Source: Promethearchaeati archaeon (GTDB taxonomy: Archaea > Asgardarchaeota > Heimdallarchaeia > JABLTI01). Taken from it: a stretch of 54,910 bases of DNA. The stretch covers positions 1 to 54,910 of the forward strand of contig JABLTI010000007.1 of NCBI GenBank assembly GCA_013166835.1. Direction: 5' to 3'. This document shows, piece by piece, positions 50,395-54,910 of this stretch (the stretch's first letter is position 1; every line of letters starts with the position of its first letter). A program made the position numbers and the translations under genes. Under the pieces are notes generated by a model, which was not told the origin of the DNA, searched no databases, and worked only from the letters and a program-made list of their open reading frames with translations.

Positions 50395-51087
50395 ATGAGT
50401 AAAGTTACCTATCCATTATTATTAGTAAATTTAAAGACGTACCCACAAGGAACAGGCAAGAAAGCACTTGAGCTAGCAAAAATATGTGAAAAGGTGATGA
50501 AGAAAACTGATGTGTGCATCGCTGTTGCTGTACAAGCTGCTGATATAAGATTGATAAGCACCGAAGTTGATGTGCTAGTTTTTTCACAACACATTGATCC
50601 TATAGCTCCGGGCAGCAATACTGGACAAATATTAATAGGAGCAATTAAAGAAGCAGGTGCAATTGGAACACTAATTAATCATAGTGAAAAGAAAATCAAA
50701 CTCGCTAGTATAGCTAAAATTCTACAGTTAACCAAGGAAAATGATTTGTTTAGTTGTGTTTGCGCTAGTACATCAAAAATCGCAGGAGCAATTGCTGCAC
50801 TTGAACCAAATTGCTGTGCAATAGAACCTCCTGAATTAATTGGCTCTGGTATATCGGTTAGTACTGCAAAACCAGAAATCATAACTGAAACAGTTGAAAT
50901 TATGAAAAAAATTAACTCTCAAGTAGTTCCACTTTGTGGTGCTGGAATAACGAACAGTGGTGATGTGAGAAAAGCACTAGAACTAGGAACAAAAGGGATT
51001 TTGGTAGCGTCTGGAGTAGTAAAAGCAGCGAATCCAAAAAAAATCCTTGAAGAAATGGCAAACGTCTCGGTGGATTTTCTAGATTAA
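50395..51087 (+). CDS. tpiA: Triosephosphate isomerase, archaeal type
   Basis: NLKTY, NHSE, EPPELIG, GAGI, LVASGVVK. Confidence 0.96.
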   Translation: MSKVTYPLLLVNLKTYPQGTGKKALELAKICEKVMKKTDVCIAVAVQAADIRLISTEVDVLVFSQHIDPIAPGSNTGQILIGAIKEAGAIGTLINHSEKKIKLASIAKILQLTKENDLFSCVCASTSKIAGAIAALEPNCCAIEPPELIGSGISVSTAKPEIITETVEIMKKINSQVVPLCGAGITNSGDVRKALELGTKGILVASGVVKAANPKKILEEMANVSVDFLD

Positions 51088-51248
51088 AAATTCAATAAAC
51101 TATTCAAAAAAAAAGAAAAGTTCTATATAGTTATAAGAGAAAATAATGAAAAATCGCTTAAAAATGAATAGAGAATGAGAAGCGAATATGTGAATGATAT
51201 GAGACTTTAATAAATTAAACTAGTAAAATAACAATTGGAGATATATCG

Positions 51249-51743
51249 TTGTCAGAAGAAATCGTTATTAAAGTTCCAAAAAAACTTGCAGAATTTATTG
51301 ATAGTCTATCAAAAGAGGGGTATTACAGTTCGAGAAAAGATTTTGCACGAAGTTCTTTAGAAATTGTTGCTCAATTATATGGACTGCCTAAAACAAAAAA
51401 GGGGGGAAAATCCCTACTCGATGTATTAGGTGACAATAAGATGCAAGTTGAAGAACCCGTAAAAACTGAGACACCACAACCTATTCCTCCAAAAGTAGCA
51501 GCAAAGAAAGTAGAAACTCTAACTCCAGAAGAATATGATGTTCTTGATCTATTTGCTGGAGCAAAATTTGATTATGAAGATGCATTATATGCTAGATATA
51601 CTATGGAGTTAATGAAATTAGCAAAAGCTCCAATACAAAAGGAAGAATTTTTGAAACTTCTAGATGGATTAGCAGCAAAGAAGAAAATTGATAAAACTGA
51701 GCACAGTGGCAAAACAGTATGGAAACTAATTGAAGGTTATTAG
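51249..51743 (+). CDS. Ribbon-helix-helix (CopG-like) protein with C-terminal winged-helix-like region
   Basis: IVIKVP.......ID.L...GYY.SR.DF.R. Confidence 0.7.
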   Translation: MSEEIVIKVPKKLAEFIDSLSKEGYYSSRKDFARSSLEIVAQLYGLPKTKKGGKSLLDVLGDNKMQVEEPVKTETPQPIPPKVAAKKVETLTPEEYDVLDLFAGAKFDYEDALYARYTMELMKLAKAPIQKEEFLKLLDGLAAKKKIDKTEHSGKTVWKLIEGY

Positions 51744-51756
51744 TAAGAATTAATAA

Positions 51757-52197
51757 TTACTCAGCTTCAAGAATAGATATATCTAATCCTGTTATTCCTT
51801 CAATTGCCAGTATTTCAGTTTTTAAATTCTCAACATCTATTTTTTTAAATTCTTCTGAATCAATGTATCCGTCAAAAACACATTTTTCTTCCATAAAACA
51901 AAGTCCTGTTGAATAAAGTGCCTTGACTCCTAACTTTAAGAAGAGGTTACCAATTCTCCTGAGGAAATCTGGTGTAAGCTTTCCAATATCAATTGCAACT
52001 TTGTATACTTTGTTTGTTGTAGTTGGGATAATTCGGATTATTTTTGTGTTCGGAGTAAGTATAATTACTGCATAATTTCCTGCTTCCGGTTTTAATGCAT
52101 CCAAGAATTCGTCTGTTAATTGAAGAGATTTCATTGGTTCCAGCTTGTGCATTTTTGCAATAGTTATTTTTGGAATTTGCTTGCTTTTTTTCACCAT
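51757..52197 (-). CDS. Hypothetical ACT-like protein
   Basis: YSTGLC....CVFDG; similar to 45945-46358. Confidence 0.7.
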   Translation of the reverse strand: MVKKSKQIPKITIAKMHKLEPMKSLQLTDEFLDALKPEAGNYAVIILTPNTKIIRIIPTTTNKVYKVAIDIGKLTPDFLRRIGNLFLKLGVKALYSTGLCFMEEKCVFDGYIDSEEFKKIDVENLKTEILAIEGITGLDISILEAE

Positions 52198-52306
52198 ATT
52201 ATCAAACCTCGCTCTATAATATTTTATCGAAAAAGACCACTTCTATTAAAAGCTGGTTTTTTTTTACCTATATTAATGATTGAAAAAACTAATAATTAAA
52301 TTATTC

Positions 52307-53308
52307 CTACAAAGTTTGACTTTTGATGATTTTTGGAGCACTCGCTACTTTGAATTCATAATATTTCCACTGATATTTTGACAAGTATTTCGTTACTGTT
52401 TTTGCAAAGGTATCTATTGTAGCAATGGTAACTAGATTCCCACCACCAATGAGATAATATGCTTCGATTTTCTCCCTTCGCATTTGTGTAACTTGTCCAC
52501 ATAATCTCAACATATCAGGTTTCCTAACACTGATATTTATTCCCTCAAGTAGTTCATGAGCATTTTGGATGTTTTCTTCTGCAGTTTTTAAGAGTTCAAC
52601 TAGCTCGTCATTTTTAAGAGCTTTTTTTATCCGATCAACCCAATTTGGTATTTGCTTCACTCTTTCAGGGAATTGTGGATTTTTTATTATACCAGCATGG
52701 ATCTCATCTGCTGAAATTCTTGAATCATATTGAAAGGGAACCGAGAACAGCTTAATTCTATTCAAGTCTTCTTCAGATGCAAGTTGGATTACTTTTAATG
52801 GTTTTTCATTAACCAATGTTAAAGTTAAACCACCATATAGACTTCTCCCTGCGCTTTCAGAACCTTTCATTGAATATCTAAGAATATCATCTTTTGAATA
52901 TTTGAGATCAAAAACGTCATTCAAAGCTATAAATAAAGCAGCTAAGCCAGAGTCAGAACTTCCACTAAAAATCCCATAATTATTTGATTTAATTTTGATT
53001 TTTGCTTTTATGTTATTTTTTTCCATTAATGATTTAACGGATTCGATGATTTGTTTCCCACGTAAACCAGTTAATTCTTGTTTATCTAAAAGAAATTTAA
53101 TAGGAGAGATGTCCTTGTCTTCAGTGGATTCTACTGTTGTCTCGGTTCTTGTTGTTTCATCCATATTTGTAACTGCTAATCCCATTGTATCATAAAGTGG
53201 TGTTCGATCAGGATTTATTCCACCAAGAAATATAATAGGAATAGTGGGATATGCAACAACTGTGGAAATTTTCTGTATTTTTACCACCACATGAAGTATT
53301 GAAATCAA
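52307..53308 (-). CDS. GHMP kinase, mevalonate 3-kinase-like (Thermoplasma type)
   Basis: AYPTI..I.LGG....RTPL, SGSSD.G.A, SESAGRSL.GG. Confidence 0.8.
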   Translation of the reverse strand: MISILHVVVKIQKISTVVAYPTIPIIFLGGINPDRTPLYDTMGLAVTNMDETTRTETTVESTEDKDISPIKFLLDKQELTGLRGKQIIESVKSLMEKNNIKAKIKIKSNNYGIFSGSSDSGLAALFIALNDVFDLKYSKDDILRYSMKGSESAGRSLYGGLTLTLVNEKPLKVIQLASEEDLNRIKLFSVPFQYDSRISADEIHAGIIKNPQFPERVKQIPNWVDRIKKALKNDELVELLKTAEENIQNAHELLEGINISVRKPDMLRLCGQVTQMRREKIEAYYLIGGGNLVTIATIDTFAKTVTKYLSKYQWKYYEFKVASAPKIIKSQTL

Positions 53309-54120
53309 GTTTTGCGTTCATTTATGATTTCATCTATTAATTTAATTTGTTTTGTATAATCTTTCATTTCATTTAGTGATTTGATCCGTTTCAATACATA
53401 ATCTAAAATGAATTCAAATCCTTCAACGAAATCATTTACATTGATTATCTGAAGTTTATGTTTGGTTGCTTCTGAACAAAGATATTCTTGGATTTGGAAA
53501 TATTTGTCTATTTCAGTGATAAGCCGTTCACCAATGCTAGGATGTACCAACAAATCAGAATGTATTTGCGTTGGCAAGAAATGGAGATATTCAACAATCA
53601 TACTTTCTCCGTCTCTCAATCCCCGATCAGCAATCATCTTTTGAATAGTGAAATTCATTATTTTCGCTTGAGATTTATACCCTGAAATTAAATTTTCTTT
53701 GCTATAATTCCCGAAAAATTTCCAGGTATCATATACACTAGAATGAAGCACTTCATTATCAATTTTTGGCATTATAGATCGCAGAGTAGAACGAAGAGCA
53801 TCACCACCAATAACCAATCCAATATTAAGCGCTGTTGAGAGTTCTTTAGCAATAGTTGTTTTTCCTGCTCCAGGGATACCTGCAATAATTGGTATCATTG
53901 GAAGTTTCTGTAAGCCTGTTTCTGCCAATGTTCGATATTCTCTAATTATAAGATATCTTGTAAGGTATTTGGTACCCAGCTTTTCCAATGATTGCTGTAA
54001 TTCCGCTTCAGAACTGCTTTTAACAAGAAGTTTACTTAATACCTTCAGTGGAAGACCAGTAGCTAGGAGATTTGAGTCACTATTCCAAAAGATCATTATC
54101 ATACCAACAGATTCTTTCAT
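53305..54120 (-). CDS. 2-phosphoglycerate kinase-family P-loop kinase (mevalonate-3-phosphate 5-kinase-like)
   Basis: GIPGAGKTT, D.LR..LR, LH.S.Y..W, IVEY.HF.P; overlaps the GHMP gene. Confidence 0.72.
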   Translation of the reverse strand: MKESVGMIMIFWNSDSNLLATGLPLKVLSKLLVKSSSEAELQQSLEKLGTKYLTRYLIIREYRTLAETGLQKLPMIPIIAGIPGAGKTTIAKELSTALNIGLVIGGDALRSTLRSIMPKIDNEVLHSSVYDTWKFFGNYSKENLISGYKSQAKIMNFTIQKMIADRGLRDGESMIVEYLHFLPTQIHSDLLVHPSIGERLITEIDKYFQIQEYLCSEATKHKLQIINVNDFVEGFEFILDYVLKRIKSLNEMKDYTKQIKLIDEIINERKT

Positions 54121-54377
54121 ATTAAGGGAATTATTAGTGTAAATATATCTTCCCTCAATCTAAAACTTTCGTAGGAATTGTAAAAAATATCAATTACTTC
54201 TTTATCAGCAAAATTCCCTAATCTTAGTAAAATATCATCATGTCCATCTTCAAAATCTGGATTATTTAACATACTAATTAATAATTCAGAATCATTTCTC
54301 TCTACTGCATCATCCAGTGATTTTTTCCAATTTTTTAATTTCCTATAATCTTCAGTTATTTTTTTTATGAATCCCAT
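54117..54377 (-). CDS. Small hypothetical protein
   Basis: GGTGG SD; 4-nt overlap with the kinase gene. Confidence 0.55.
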   Translation of the reverse strand: MGFIKKITEDYRKLKNWKKSLDDAVERNDSELLISMLNNPDFEDGHDDILLRLGNFADKEVIDIFYNSYESFRLREDIFTLIIPLI

Positions 54378-54515
54378 ATTTCCACCTTTGTATACTTTAT
54401 ATTTTCAATATATCATTATTTCGTATATCAGATAATTTGTGATTCAATTAGTCTTTGATGGTGGACAGTTTATTGTTTCTTTAGTTTGCCAATATACAAA
54501 ATACCAGGAATTCCA

Positions 54516-54910
54516 TTAAGAAAGGTTAAGGTCAAGAACGTTTTTCAGTTTTTTTAAGTATGTTTTTTCCCATCGTTTGTTATAATCATTACTTTCTTTA
54601 ACTAAAGGAAAAACGACAAAAATAAAACCTTTAAAGGATGTTTCAGTAAGTGAAAGTAATTTGTCGACATCAGCTAAAATATCCGAAATATTGGTTGATA
54701 ACGGACAGTCCCAATGACAAGGATAGTCTTCATAAAATGGAGTATTAACTACCTTCAACTCAAAAGCAAATTTATCAAAAATTAGATCAATTTTCCAATA
54801 GGGGGTTTTAGTTCTTTGGTCTATCTGTTTAGGAATTGTTTTTTCTGGAGTAATATTATGTTCTGGAAAATGCTTCCCAAGAATCGAACACAATTCAACT
54901 TGTAACCAAC
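54516..54910 (-). CDS. PD-(D/E)xK nuclease-like protein, 5'-truncated by the window edge
   Basis: Frame open to the edge (WLQVELCS..), E...IDL......ELK, D..KL. Confidence 0.55.
   Translation of the reverse strand, partial: WLQVELCSILGKHFPEHNITPEKTIPKQIDQRTKTPYWKIDLIFDKFAFELKVVNTPFYEDYPCHWDCPLSTNISDILADVDKLLSLTETSFKGFIFVVFPLVKESNDYNKRWEKTYLKKLKNVLDLNLS

Noticed and set aside
1-54910. CRISPR arrays, IS elements, rRNA and the many short overlapping ORFs
   Set aside because: No spaced repeats, transposase or rRNA motifs were found by eye; the short ORFs are antisense or alternate-frame shadows of better-supported genes
54516-54910. Defence island at the right edge
   Set aside because: Only one truncated nuclease-like ORF is visible, which is too little context

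Overview
Low-GC, gene-dense archaeal chromosomal segment. Archaeal markers are the ATP-dependent DNA ligase, Pus10, archaeal-type TpiA, RpoH and BHB-type tRNA introns. Several eukaryote-like proteins suggest an Asgard archaeon, possibly Heimdallarchaeia (inference). About 55 CDSs are present, mostly housekeeping or hypothetical; I saw no CRISPR array, integrase or transposase. Main highlights: (1) a Pro-rich protein with WH2-like, VASP-FAB/WASP-C-like and acidic motifs, a candidate actin polymerisation regulator (44234-44986); (2) an unannotated ~290-nt multi-helix RNA-like element with a loop-loop pseudoknot (16401-16693); (3) tRNA-Ser(GCT) with two BHB introns, one in the D-loop; (4) an overlapping gene pair resembling Thermoplasma-type mevalonate 3-kinase and mevalonate-3-phosphate 5-kinase. 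Also notable are an IFT52-like GIFT-domain protein, a long Rpb5-like RpoH, a ParM-like actin-fold gene downstream of a DUF4129-DUF4350-MoxR-DUF58 membrane operon, a TM-RING-like protein, a DapA-like probable pseudoenzyme and a Rad50-like ATPase with a C-terminal PIP box. All family calls come from motif recognition by eye, not database searches.
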